64,000 bases of DNA, taken from contig JAVYSX010000004.1 in the NCBI GenBank assembly GCA_038728965.1, positions 1,309-65,308 on the forward strand. The letters run 5' to 3'. Source of the DNA: Thermoplasmatales archaeon. GTDB taxonomy: Archaea > Thermoplasmatota > Thermoplasmata > Thermoplasmatales > GCA-001856825. Each line of letters starts with the position of its first letter. Position 1 is the first letter of the stretch. Both the position numbers and the translations under genes were made by a program. The notes beneath the pieces are model-generated. The model worked only from the letters and a program-made list of their open reading frames with translations. It did not search any database and was not told where the DNA came from. Shown here one piece after another: positions 28,909 to 38,383 of the stretch.

Positions 28909-29229
28909 TCACACCACCTTCTCCACGACTACGAATGAAACTGACTTTGCTATTGGCCTGGCATAAGCAATCTTGACCCTGTCCCCCAACGATACGTGAA
29001 TACACGGCGGCATGTGAGCGTGATATTTCCTTCTTCTTTTCTCGTACCTCTCATATTTCTCGTTCTTTTTCAAATACTCCCTAAGGATCGTGACTGTATT
29101 TTTCATGGAGATAGAAATTATCTTCCCCTCTATTATTGGGGATTTAACATTTAGCTCGCCGTGGAACGGGCAGTTTCTGTCCGTGCACTCTTCATCTGGC
29201 TCCTTAACCTCAATTCCTATGTTTCTCAT
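28909..29229 (-). CDS. rps17: 30S ribosomal protein S17
   Basis: CPFHG, KYERYEKRR and HAHMPPC motifs. Confidence 0.96.
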   Translation of the reverse strand: MRNIGIEVKEPDEECTDRNCPFHGELNVKSPIIEGKIISISMKNTVTILREYLKKNEKYERYEKRRRKYHAHMPPCIHVSLGDRVKIAYARPIAKSVSFVVVEKVV

Positions 29230-29483
29230 CTGTGTCCTCTCCTCCTCGCTTTCTTCATCTTTTCTTCAGGTCTAATCTTGATCTTTTCAATAAGCACCTC
29301 TCGTCCAGAGATTAGCAATATCCCTCGTGTCTTTGGAACGACCTTGTCCCCCCTCTCTGTTGAAATTACCAGAATATTCTTCCTCTCGTCCAGGCAGGTC
29401 CCTCTTAGACCAATGAACGTTCTATCGGTATGTTTCAGAATTTCAACATTCGCGCCTATGATATCTGTCAAATACGGATTCAC
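29226..29483 (-). CDS. rnp1: RNase P protein component 1 (Rpp29/Pop4)
   Basis: IG..VEI.......G.RG...DE.KN and RPEE motifs; operon position. Confidence 0.88.
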   Translation of the reverse strand: MNPYLTDIIGANVEILKHTDRTFIGLRGTCLDERKNILVISTERGDKVVPKTRGILLISGREVLIEKIKIRPEEKMKKARRRGHR

Positions 29484-29770
29484 TTTTCCACCTCAACCTT
29501 AAATCCAAGTTCCTCCAGTACCTTCTTTACCCTCTCCCTCTGGTCTCCTTGCAGCTCTATCTTTTCATCCTTCACCGTTCCCCCCGTTGCCGTTTTCTTC
29601 TTTAGAGTTTTCGCGAGCTCCTTTATGTCCTCAGTGTGCGAATCAAATCCAGATACAATGGTAACAAACTTTCCGTACCGTCTCTTGTCAGTCTCGATCT
29701 TGATGACCTGAGACTCTCTTGCTATCTCATCTAGAGGTGTGAGTTCCTTGAAAATCTTGTCGTCCCTCAT
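29480..29770 (-). CDS. sui1: Translation initiation factor aIF1 (SUI1)
   Basis: KRRYGKFVTIVSG, GGTVKD and IELQGDQRERV motifs. Confidence 0.95.
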   Translation of the reverse strand: MRDDKIFKELTPLDEIARESQVIKIETDKRRYGKFVTIVSGFDSHTEDIKELAKTLKKKTATGGTVKDEKIELQGDQRERVKKVLEELGFKVEVEK

Positions 29771-29967
29771 CTTTGCGTCTCCCTCATAACAGTCTCAACT
29801 CTTGCTATCTGTCTCTTCAATGATTCAATCTTACCTGGGCTAGGTGGCGCGCCCCCCATCGCAGAAATACCCCTTTCCCTCATTAGTTCCTCCTTCATCT
29901 CTAAATACTTCTTCCAGAGTTCATCTTTATTCATTTTCCTTATGTCCTTCGCCTTCAGCTCCTCCAG
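29767..29967 (-). CDS. rpl29: 50S ribosomal protein L29; probable CTG start
   Basis: Not in the ORF track: (L/M)EELKAKDIRKMNKDEL...GGAPPSPGKIESLKRQIARVETV. GGAGGTGA, then 6 nt, then CTG; in-frame TGA inside the SD. Confidence 0.93.
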   Translation of the reverse strand: MEELKAKDIRKMNKDELWKKYLEMKEELMRERGISAMGGAPPSPGKIESLKRQIARVETVMRETQR

Positions 29968-30577
29968 GGTTGCTCACCTCCTTAAGTTGAATCCTAGAAA
30001 CATTTATGTCGTCAGGCAACTTGATGTCGTTTCTCAGGATCTTCACTGAGACACCAATAATCCCGGGCTTGGTCGTGGCGATAGCGTAGCCCTTATCAAT
30101 ATATTCCGAGGGGTTTCCTGAAGATATGACCTTACCGGCAGTGTATTTCACGCTTCTGGCTCTCTCTCCCGTCAGCTTTCCTCCCATTCTAATCTGACCC
30201 CCTCTAGCGCCCGCATCCATTATCCTCTTGAGGATGCTATGGCCTGCTCTTCTAAAGTGCCATCCCTTCTCGATCGATCTGGCAAGCTTCTGCGCCATGA
30301 TCTGGGCGCTAAGTCCGGGCTCTTGCATTCCCTCAACCTTAATGAGAGGGCTGGCAAGATTGAATTTCTTTTCCAATGTTATTTCCATGTTCTTTATCTT
30401 TGAACCTTTCCTTCCTATAACGAGGCCTGGCCTTTCCACCCTCAGGAGAACTATAGTATTCTGGGGTGTCCTCTGTATCTCCACCCCTCCGAAGCCGGCA
30501 TCCCATATTTCTTGAACAAGGTACTCCTTTATGAGCTGTCTCCTTATATTCTCCTGCAGAAACTTCAGTTCCTTCAT
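29927..30577 (-). CDS. rps3: 30S ribosomal protein S3
   Basis: RPGLVIGRKG, FRRAGH and GKLTGERA motifs. Confidence 0.96.
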   Translation of the reverse strand: MKELKFLQENIRRQLIKEYLVQEIWDAGFGGVEIQRTPQNTIVLLRVERPGLVIGRKGSKIKNMEITLEKKFNLASPLIKVEGMQEPGLSAQIMAQKLARSIEKGWHFRRAGHSILKRIMDAGARGGQIRMGGKLTGERARSVKYTAGKVISSGNPSEYIDKGYAIATTKPGIIGVSVKILRNDIKLPDDINVSRIQLKEVSNPGGAEGEGHKENE

Positions 30578-31017
30578 TCCATCTCCTCCAATATTATCTG
30601 GATATGAACGCGCTCCCTGTAGAACTTTCCACTTGACCCATAGGCTTTAAAGGTGTAATATTTGATTGGCGGTGCTGGTTGAGCAACTGCACTCTTAACA
30701 AACAGCTTATCGGTGTCGAGCTGTTTAAATTCGGCATTATTTTCAGCATTTTGCAGTGTTTCAAGGACATACTTTACCGCCTTGGCGGGATACCTTCCGG
30801 GTCCGACACCCCGCTTGTGAGATACGGAGTCTAGATATTTTCTGTATGGAATGGCCCTTGTCTTAGACATTACGTCTTCGAGATAACTCTTGGCACGTTC
30901 AAGTTTCATACCTTTGATCGTTCTAACAACTTCCAAAGCATCCCTCGGTGAGATAGGGGTGTTTATAGAAGTGGCACGAGCGCTCTTTTTCCCGTCAGTC
31001 TCCTGTACATACCTCAT
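30574..31017 (-). CDS. rpl22: 50S ribosomal protein L22
   Basis: GPGRYPAKA and NAENNAE motifs. Confidence 0.96.
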   Translation of the reverse strand: MRYVQETDGKKSARATSINTPISPRDALEVVRTIKGMKLERAKSYLEDVMSKTRAIPYRKYLDSVSHKRGVGPGRYPAKAVKYVLETLQNAENNAEFKQLDTDKLFVKSAVAQPAPPIKYYTFKAYGSSGKFYRERVHIQIILEEME

Positions 31018-31027
31018 TTTAAAAACC

Positions 31028-31483
31028 TCACTTAAGCGGGAGGAATTTGGACCCCCTCGTTGCTCCTACTCCAGGACCTGAGTGCTTTACTTCCTTGCGA
31101 GTCTGTGAAAACTCGCCGAGGTAGTGACCTATCATCTCTTCCTTAATCGTGAACGTTTGATAGCTGTTCCCGTTGTGTACCGAAACTGTCTTGCCAACAT
31201 ACTGCGGCAAAATTACGAGGTCCCTAACCCTCGTCTTTACTGAGCCATTTTCAAGGAGCCTGCTGTGCAGCCTCTGCTGTTCTATATTGTACCCACGCAT
31301 CAGCGATCTCCTTGCCCTGGCTGGCATCAGCTTTAGTAGTTCAGGCATATCCATGTCCAAGAGTTCCTCTATGGTTTTCCCTTTAAAGAGTATCTCCTTT
31401 CCTCTCTCTATTATTGCCTTAGTCGCCTTCCTCTTAGACCTCATTATTGCTTTTTTTGATCTCTGTCTCTTATCTTCAGGCAT
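31028..31483 (-). CDS. rps19: 30S ribosomal protein S19
   Basis: MIGHYLGEF and HSGPGVGATRGSKF motifs. Confidence 0.97.
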   Translation of the reverse strand: MPEDKRQRSKKAIMRSKRKATKAIIERGKEILFKGKTIEELLDMDMPELLKLMPARARRSLMRGYNIEQQRLHSRLLENGSVKTRVRDLVILPQYVGKTVSVHNGNSYQTFTIKEEMIGHYLGEFSQTRKEVKHSGPGVGATRGSKFLPLK

Positions 31484-32183
31484 TCTTCCTCACCTTTCTT
31501 TTCGGGGAAAGTCTCCCAACTTTTCTACCTGGCGGTGCGTTTCTCCCAACAGTAGATGGCCTCCCAACGTGTTGATGGTTCCCACCACCGTGTGGATGAT
31601 TTACTGCATTCATGGCAACACCCCTGACACTGAATGGCCTCTTGGCCCTGCTCCGGTAGGCGTGTATCTTCTTGCCAGCCTTCAGGAAGGGTTTGGCATT
31701 TCTCCCCCCTCCGCCGACAACTCCTATTGTGGCAAGACACGATGGTTTAATATCCATGAGCTTTCCAGATGGAAGCTTAATGGTGACACTCTCACCATGG
31801 GAGACAACAGTACAAAAAGCGCCCGGGGTTCTTGACAGGTTTCCGCCGGAGCCGGGCCTAACTTCCACGTTGTACACCAACGCACCATCAGGAATTAGGC
31901 CTAGAGGTAGCGTATTCCCTTCTACGGGAACTGCATCCCTGCCACCCTGTATTTTTTGACCTACAAACATCCCATTGTGTGCAATGAAATTCACTATTTT
32001 ATCATCATTCATCCTTACCTGGGCTACGGGTGCGTAGTGTCCGGGATCACGGAGCAGTTTTACAACACGCCCTTCCCAGGAGTTCGTGTTTGGGTACCTT
32101 ATATCCCCATAATGTCTGTGGCTTGGGCTCTTATACATCAACCCGCCGCGACCTCTTCTCTGAACCAGCAACTTTTTACCCAT
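31476..32183 (-). CDS. rpl2: 50S ribosomal protein L2
   Basis: VRGVAMNAVNHPHGGG and PPGRKVG motifs. Confidence 0.97.
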   Translation of the reverse strand: MGKKLLVQRRGRGGLMYKSPSHRHYGDIRYPNTNSWEGRVVKLLRDPGHYAPVAQVRMNDDKIVNFIAHNGMFVGQKIQGGRDAVPVEGNTLPLGLIPDGALVYNVEVRPGSGGNLSRTPGAFCTVVSHGESVTIKLPSGKLMDIKPSCLATIGVVGGGGRNAKPFLKAGKKIHAYRSRAKRPFSVRGVAMNAVNHPHGGGNHQHVGRPSTVGRNAPPGRKVGRLSPKRKVRKNA

Positions 32184-32192
32184 AAGATCACC

Positions 32193-32462
32193 TCAGAATA
32201 TACCAAGCTTAGTGGCTAGCTCTTCCGCAGAAAAATCCTTTGAAATCCTGACAATTGCCTTCTTTCCTTCTTTGTCCCTTAGTATATTCACGTTGCTCAC
32301 CTTCATACCGGAAATTTCTTCTACGGCCTTCCTTACATCTAATCTGGTCGCGGATTCATTTACTATGAACCAGATTGTATTATTTTTTTCAATCTGGAGC
32401 ATCGATTTTTCTGTGACGAAGGGCTTGATTATTACGTCGTACGGACTTCTCATATCTTCCAC
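32193..32462 (-). CDS. rpl23: 50S ribosomal protein L23
   Basis: PFVTEKS, KKAIV and ATKLGIF motifs. Confidence 0.95.
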   Translation of the reverse strand: MEDMRSPYDVIIKPFVTEKSMLQIEKNNTIWFIVNESATRLDVRKAVEEISGMKVSNVNILRDKEGKKAIVRISKDFSAEELATKLGIF

Positions 32463-33214
32463 CCCCTGATCTGTTCAAGTGCACCCTCCGTCACTACGAG
32501 GAGCCTACCGGGGTGACCCCCGGGGGCCAGAGCGTAAGCGTTTATCTCCCTTGGTATTAGCACATCTGTACCGGGGAGATTTTCGATGGCCTTTGAGATG
32601 TTGCTTTTGTCCTTAACTACGAATAGAATGCTTTTGGGGGTAGTATACCTCCTCCCTCTGCTCTTACCCCTACCTGCTCTAATCTTCGTCCCCTCTTTTG
32701 ATCTCAAAATATCTCCATACAGCCCAACTTTCTTCAGAACTTCAACGACTTCACTGGTCTTGGAAATCTTTTCAAAATCATCCTCCAAAATAACGGGGAG
32801 GGAGCTAGCATTGAATCTGTGCCCCCTCTCTCTTACTATGTCGGGATCTGCCGCCGAGGAGAGAGCAGATAGCTTCGCAATCATTTTCTCCTTCTTATTG
32901 ACTTTTACATACCAATTCTTCTCTTTTACGGGGTGAAATGCAGAGCGCCCTCCCTTCGCATTGCTCAGTAAAACGCCCCTGGAAGTCCCCTGTACTCTGG
33001 GATACCTAGATATACCGTGGTTTGGGCCAAGATTGTGACCAACCCTCCTGTTACCCGCAAAATAGTAGGAACCATAGGGTGTTCTACCATTAGAAAGATA
33101 TGCGTTAACAAATCTTTGAATTAAATCCCGCCTGATTGGGAACCTGAAAGCCTCCGGAAGATCCAATGTTCTTAGAACCCTACCATCAAGAGAGAGAATG
33201 TTTGCCAAGGTCAT
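32450..33214 (-). CDS. rpl4: 50S ribosomal protein L4
   Basis: IRAGRGKSRGRRY and LAPGGHPGRL motifs. Confidence 0.96.
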   Translation of the reverse strand: MTLANILSLDGRVLRTLDLPEAFRFPIRRDLIQRFVNAYLSNGRTPYGSYYFAGNRRVGHNLGPNHGISRYPRVQGTSRGVLLSNAKGGRSAFHPVKEKNWYVKVNKKEKMIAKLSALSSAADPDIVRERGHRFNASSLPVILEDDFEKISKTSEVVEVLKKVGLYGDILRSKEGTKIRAGRGKSRGRRYTTPKSILFVVKDKSNISKAIENLPGTDVLIPREINAYALAPGGHPGRLLVVTEGALEQIRGWKI

Positions 33215-34200
33215 ACCCCCTGCTTACTCTCAAGCGACAAATATGTAAGCGAAACTTTATCCACATCTGGTACAACCTGCCTGATCGGATCCCTTAGCTT
33301 AATTATCCTCTTTGCAGGCCCAGGCACACTTCCGTGGATTACGATATAATCATTAGTTACTTCCCCGTACCTGAGGAATCCACCTTTAGGATCTATGGGA
33401 TTATCTTGTGGTTTGCCGTAATATAGAACCCTCTTATTGAATTCGGTCCTCTGATGGAATCCCACCTGCCCTGCCTGAGGAACGGTGTTTCTGACCCAGT
33501 CAGGGTGCCAGGGGCCGAGGGTACCGATCATCCTCCTGTGCTTTCGATTCTTCCTAGGAAGAAGTTTGACCCCCCACCTTTTCACGTGACCCTGAAATCC
33601 CTTACCTTTCGTCACAGCTACCACATCAACGAATTTTCCAGGAGAGGAGAAAGAGTTGAATGAAACCTCCTTTCCCAGGATTGATTTGGCATAATTTATC
33701 CTCTCACTTATTGTACCCCCTCCCACCCTTATCTCCGTAATGTCTGGCTTCTTCTTTGATAGTGCCTTGACTCTGCCGTTCTGGATCATCGCAACTATTC
33801 TAACATCGAATACATCATTCTCAGTGATGTCCTTTGCCTTGTACTCTTTAGAAATAGGCGTTATCTTACGGAGTTCGTTAATCGATGATTGATCGTATGT
33901 TTCTGACAAGACGTATTCTCCGTACGGACCGTTTCCGTATGTCCTTATTCCTACTACCTTAATCGGAGGAACCTCAATGACCGTCACGGAAGATGCTACC
34001 TCGGAGCCAGCAGTTGTGCTACTCTTCCTGTAATCTACAAAGAGGGCATGAGTCATTCCGGCCTTGAAACCCACGAATCCTTGCAGCCTTGGACCGTCCT
34101 TTATTTCGGGCCAGGACCTAATGTGGGGTATCAGTGAGCTCGCCCTCTTCCTGGGATAGTATCCCATAGAGCCATGTCTCGAATGGTTTGGAGTTGCCAT
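33211..34200 (-). CDS. rpl3: 50S ribosomal protein L3
   Basis: GFKAGMTH, TKGKGFQG and QAGQVGFHQRTE motifs. Confidence 0.97.
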   Translation of the reverse strand: MATPNHSRHGSMGYYPRKRASSLIPHIRSWPEIKDGPRLQGFVGFKAGMTHALFVDYRKSSTTAGSEVASSVTVIEVPPIKVVGIRTYGNGPYGEYVLSETYDQSSINELRKITPISKEYKAKDITENDVFDVRIVAMIQNGRVKALSKKKPDITEIRVGGGTISERINYAKSILGKEVSFNSFSSPGKFVDVVAVTKGKGFQGHVKRWGVKLLPRKNRKHRRMIGTLGPWHPDWVRNTVPQAGQVGFHQRTEFNKRVLYYGKPQDNPIDPKGGFLRYGEVTNDYIVIHGSVPGPAKRIIKLRDPIRQVVPDVDKVSLTYLSLESKQGV

Positions 34201-34213
34201 CTATACCACTTTA

Positions 34214-34291
34214 GCAAAGCCGTTGCGTCTTGATGTTTACGGAATCACTTGAACATCACCGGCACTAACGCCAAAGACGTGTGGCTTCTGC
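34214..34291 (-). promoter_or_regulatory. Candidate structured 5' leader of the rpl3 operon
   Basis: Nested complementary segments between a TATA box (TTTAAATA on minus, 34313-34320) and the rpl3 ATG. Confidence 0.55.
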
Positions 34292-34343
34292 TCTTTCGAC
34301 AAGGCATGTTTATATTTAAATAAATCGCCCCTTCCTCTAAATG

Positions 34344-34712
34344 TCATTTCTTGTTCAGCGCATCTTTGATTTTTTCATATTCTTCCCTGGTGATTGAACC
34401 GTTTGCTAACCTTTCATCAAGTATATCTATGGCTGATTTTTCTTTAAATTCTGAATGACCCTTACCCCTACCGGAAGCTATATCAACTATCCATATAACG
34501 AATAGCACGAGAAGCACGAAGGGGACGATCATCATCAAGCTCATCCAAAGAATCCCGCTGTACCCCCACCCAGGGCCCATCATCCAGTACCAGCCATAGT
34601 TAGGACCAGCGGCAGACCTTACAACAAAGGCTGCGCTTAGAATCACAGACAGAACTACCAAGAAAACAATGAGTCCCACAAAGATCCAGAATACTTTCAT
34701 GATGTTTTTCAT
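34344..34712 (-). CDS. SHOCT-domain membrane protein
   Basis: 2 TM segments, a WMMGPGWG loop, and C-terminal AIDILDERLANGSITREEYEKIK. Confidence 0.85.
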   Translation of the reverse strand: MKNIMKVFWIFVGLIVFLVVLSVILSAAFVVRSAAGPNYGWYWMMGPGWGYSGILWMSLMMIVPFVLLVLFVIWIVDIASGRGKGHSEFKEKSAIDILDERLANGSITREEYEKIKDALNKK

Positions 34713-34758
34713 GGAATATCGTTATTCCTTATAGATGAAAAGAGATTTAAATCTATGT

Positions 34759-34772
34759 TGAAACACGTTTCA
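34759..34772. promoter_or_regulatory. Palindromic operator candidate TGAAAC-AC-GTTTCA
   Basis: Perfect 6-2-6 inverted repeat just upstream of the TATA (TTTAAAT, about 34746-34752) of the SHOCT gene. Confidence 0.45.
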
Positions 34773-34775
34773 CTG

Positions 34776-35288
34776 TCACTTTGAAAATCTTTTCAGCACG
34801 ACCTTATTGGTGGAGCCGCGCCTCAGTCTCACAATGAGCCCTTTGGATTCCAGACGGTTCAATATCCTCGTAACCGTTGCCTTGGAATAGTTACCTGATC
34901 TGGCTATGTCGCGCTGGAGCATAGAACCACCGGCATTGACGAGCATTTCAATCAATTCCCTCTCCCCCTCGTCCAAGAAATTTAGGCCTTCTGTTATTTC
35001 ATTTTCTGCATCATCGCTAGATCCCCTGTTTACCAGACCAAGATTCCCAATACGGGAAAACATATTCAGGATGGAAAATACTAGGAGGGTTCCCGTAATA
35101 CCAATCCCGATGTAGACGAAAAGAGTAAAAGGAGTACCTATGAAGCTGCTGAGCACAGAGGTATAGTGGAGGAGAAACAATATGAACGAGAGTAGGAATA
35201 GTAGGATTACAGAGGAAACAGCTAGGATTGCTAAGAATATTATGGTTAGGACAGAGCGATCAATCTTGTCCCTGGCTCTTCGGATCAT
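34776..35288 (-). CDS. Membrane-anchored winged-helix transcriptional regulator
   Basis: 2 N-terminal TM segments; C-terminal GGSMLQRDI...SKATVTRILNRLESKGLI.R.R.G.TN.V. Confidence 0.85.
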   Translation of the reverse strand: MIRRARDKIDRSVLTIIFLAILAVSSVILLFLLSFILFLLHYTSVLSSFIGTPFTLFVYIGIGITGTLLVFSILNMFSRIGNLGLVNRGSSDDAENEITEGLNFLDEGERELIEMLVNAGGSMLQRDIARSGNYSKATVTRILNRLESKGLIVRLRRGSTNKVVLKRFSK

Positions 35289-35414
35289 ATCGCCTCTTAA
35301 TTAGCTTCTCGGTAACAACAGTTGCGCCTGCATTCTATTACCGGGATGCTTCGCAGATGGGTTAGTCCCGATTATCTTTAATTACCAGCTCCTACCAGCA
35401 GCGATCTTATTACC

Positions 35415-37724
35415 TCATTCACACTTTGAATAACCGCAGGTCTTGCAAGTGAAGCATCCGTTCTCTAAGACTAGGGTCTCGTTCCCACACTGTGGACACA
35501 TCAGGAATGAGGCTTCCTTCTTCCTGTTAGCTTCCATAGAAACGAGAAACTCCCCCGTAAGCGTTGATTGAGGGTGTTCTCCCTTTAGTGCCAGCTCGAT
35601 AGCTTTGGCTACTCCATCGGGCACTGAAGTTATCTTCGTACCGTTAGAGAATGTCGTTGTTCTACCCTTGATACCAGAAAGCGCTTTGATCACACGGGAT
35701 ATATCCCCACCCTGCTGCAGGTATAGAGATATCAACCGCCCAATCGCCTCTGAGTATGCCTTCTCCTCAGATCCTGATTTCCCAACGTTAACGAAAACTT
35801 CCACTGGATTCCCATCAGAGTCGAAATTAATCGTAGTGTAGAGTTTACCAGTTTCTAGGAGAGGAAACACTATTGTTCTGCCAGATAGAATCATCGACCT
35901 TTCAAATTCCTTCTTTTCCTTTTTTTGCATAGCTTCCTCAGTGAGAAGAATCCCCTCCCTCGATCCTTCTCTATAAACTGTTATACCCTTGCACCCGGCC
36001 TTCCAAGCGGCCATATATATGTTTCCTACCTCCTCAGAGGTGGCTGTTGATGGTAAGTTAACAGTAGAAGAGATGGAATGATCCACGTAGCGCTGTATAG
36101 TCGCCTGCAGCTTAACCCTGAACATAGGATCGATCCTGTGTGCTTCGATGAAGTACTCAGGAAGATCTTTCTCGTCCTTTATCCCATATAGCTCCATATA
36201 CTCTCTGACTAGAGGATGGTAGACCTTGAATACCTGTTTAGACAGCGATTCGCTCCTCCTTGTATAAGAGAACGCAAAAACTGGTTCTATACCGCTTGAA
36301 GTGCCGGCTAAAGCAGATCCGCTCCCAACAGGAGGCACGGTTATCAGGGCAACGTTTCTCAGACCGGAGTTTTTTATCTTATCGAGAACATCCTGATCAA
36401 GCCTCTGGATAAACGGCGATCTTAGATGACTCTCTAGATCAAATGCAGGGAATGTACCCTTTTCAGCAGCGATATTTGCACTCTCCTCGTATATGGTATT
36501 CATAATTTTCTTGAAGAGCGATCCTACAAACTCTATTGATTCCTGCGTATCGTACTTTATCTTCATTTTTATAAGCATATCTGCGAGACCGGTAAAGCCG
36601 ACACCGATCCTCCTGCTCTTGGCAGCTTCCTCGGTCTGCTGCTTAAGGGGGTGCTTGTAAAGGTTGTAGTCAACCACGTCGTCAAGGAATCTCACCGTGT
36701 ATCTCGTGGCCTTCATCAGGTCTTCCCAATTCACCTCTGGGGCTTCGAAAGGATTTTTCACGAATTCGGAAAGGTTAATATTTCCCAGATTGCACGCACC
36801 GTAGGACTCTAGGGGAATCTCAGAACAGGGATTCGTGGTCAGTATCTCCATGCCGTTGTATTCTGACGTACTTTCCCTCTTCATCGTGTCCCAGAATATC
36901 AATCCGGGTTCTGCCCAGTTTCTGGCAGAATCTACCAGTTCCTTCCAGAGCGCCCTGGCTCTAACTGTCTCCTCTATCCTCTTGACCTTTTCACTCTCAT
37001 AGTAAAGTGTGAAGTCCTCATCGTTCTCCACCTTTTTCATGAATTCATCCGTTATCCGCACGGAAATGTTTGCATATCTGACCCTGTTAAGATCCCGCTT
37101 GACCTTTATGAAATCTAGTATGTCTGGGTGGTCTACCCTTATTGTTATCATCAGCGCCCCCCTTCGTCCGGCTTGTCCAATTGTGCCCGTGGTTTCAGAC
37201 ATTATATTCATGAAAGAAACGCTACCTGTTGACCTCAGCGCCGCATTGTTCACCGGTGCTCCCCTAGGCCTGAGTACAGATATGTCCGTCCCCACGCCTC
37301 CCCCAAGGGAATATGTTCTGGCAGCTTCCTTTGTCCATTCAAATATTGACTCGAGGGAATCATCCTTTATCGGGATGACGTAGCAGTTGTTCAGTGTAAC
37401 ACGCCTCTTGTATTTCTCCTGACCCGCACCAAAAAGTATCCTTCCCCCAGGAATCATCCTAAAATTTTCTAGCAACCAATAGAACTTGTTTTCCCACTCA
37501 GATATTTTCGACGAACTCTCAACAGATGCTACCTCCCTAGCTACTCGCCTCCACATTTCTTCAGGAACCTTTTCGACGAGACTCCCATCCAAGTCCCTCA
37601 TAGCATATTTATCAATAAAAACGCGTGCCCTTAACTCATCGTTCCCGAATCTGGCGAGAGTTTCAGGAGGAATTTCCTCCAACTGCCTATCGACCACTTC
37701 ATCATCTGCATTCATTTGTACCAC
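35415..37724 (-). CDS. nrdJ: Adenosylcobalamin-dependent (class II) ribonucleotide reductase
   Basis: PGGRIL, NCYVI, TNPCSE, SSGIEP and KGITVYREGSR motifs; C-terminal TSCPD-like and Zn-ribbon region. Confidence 0.94.
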   Translation of the reverse strand: MVQMNADDEVVDRQLEEIPPETLARFGNDELRARVFIDKYAMRDLDGSLVEKVPEEMWRRVAREVASVESSSKISEWENKFYWLLENFRMIPGGRILFGAGQEKYKRRVTLNNCYVIPIKDDSLESIFEWTKEAARTYSLGGGVGTDISVLRPRGAPVNNAALRSTGSVSFMNIMSETTGTIGQAGRRGALMITIRVDHPDILDFIKVKRDLNRVRYANISVRITDEFMKKVENDEDFTLYYESEKVKRIEETVRARALWKELVDSARNWAEPGLIFWDTMKRESTSEYNGMEILTTNPCSEIPLESYGACNLGNINLSEFVKNPFEAPEVNWEDLMKATRYTVRFLDDVVDYNLYKHPLKQQTEEAAKSRRIGVGFTGLADMLIKMKIKYDTQESIEFVGSLFKKIMNTIYEESANIAAEKGTFPAFDLESHLRSPFIQRLDQDVLDKIKNSGLRNVALITVPPVGSGSALAGTSSGIEPVFAFSYTRRSESLSKQVFKVYHPLVREYMELYGIKDEKDLPEYFIEAHRIDPMFRVKLQATIQRYVDHSISSTVNLPSTATSEEVGNIYMAAWKAGCKGITVYREGSREGILLTEEAMQKKEKKEFERSMILSGRTIVFPLLETGKLYTTINFDSDGNPVEVFVNVGKSGSEEKAYSEAIGRLISLYLQQGGDISRVIKALSGIKGRTTTFSNGTKITSVPDGVAKAIELALKGEHPQSTLTGEFLVSMEANRKKEASFLMCPQCGNETLVLENGCFTCKTCGYSKCE

Positions 37725-38008
37725 TGTAGCTTATTACTACATCATTTTGTACTTAATTTTTTTTTATAATGGATCTGGTATCTTTGATTTAAGCGATAAA
37801 CAGTCACTAATGGACTAAATGATCTATTCATGTAAAACATACAGCAACACAAACTCCTTAAGGTTTCAAGTGTTAATATTTGCCGAGAGATTGAATATAA
37901 ATTTCCTCCATTAGAACCTTAAGAGGTGATATATACCCAATCCTCTAATTTTCATAAAACTCATAAGCTAACTAAATAAATTTGATAAAATATAAATATT
38001 GAATTTTT

Positions 38009-38383
38009 ATGAACCATGGTATGGCTGAAGCATTCACACCAGAGGACGAGAAACTTGCGGGTCTACTCATCCAGATGGGGGTCCCAAGAAATGTTTCCAA
38101 GGCTCTGGTATATATGAAAAGCAGGCAGGAGACTACATCGGTGGAAATTGAGAAAAATGCCAACCTTAGGCAACCGGAGGTCTCGATAGCGATGAGAATT
38201 CTAAAAGAGCACGGGTGGATTATGAAGAGAGACATTAAAAAGGAGGGGAAGGGAAGACCTGTACACGGTTATAGGTTGGCAAAACCCTTCAACGAAATAG
38301 TCAAGGAACTCGAGGAGGAACAGAGAAAGAAAATTTCAGACATGCAAAATGTTCTCGGGCAGATTCAAGAGTTAGTTTTCTAA
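38009..38383 (+). CDS. Archaeal winged-helix transcriptional regulator
   Basis: LRQPEVSIAMR.L...GW and GKGRP.H.Y.L motifs; divergent from nrdJ. Confidence 0.85.
   Translation: MNHGMAEAFTPEDEKLAGLLIQMGVPRNVSKALVYMKSRQETTSVEIEKNANLRQPEVSIAMRILKEHGWIMKRDIKKEGKGRPVHGYRLAKPFNEIVKELEEEQRKKISDMQNVLGQIQELVF

Noticed and set aside
35289-35414. Two adjacent hairpins (CGGTAA/TTACCG, CGGGA/TCCCG) downstream of nrdJ, considered as a riboswitch or ncRNA
   Set aside because: Short stems, no recognisable B12 box or H/ACA/C-D motifs, and the wrong side of nrdJ for a cobalamin riboswitch.
35415-37724. Intein in nrdJ
   Set aside because: Length and motif spacing are normal; no intein splice motifs seen.
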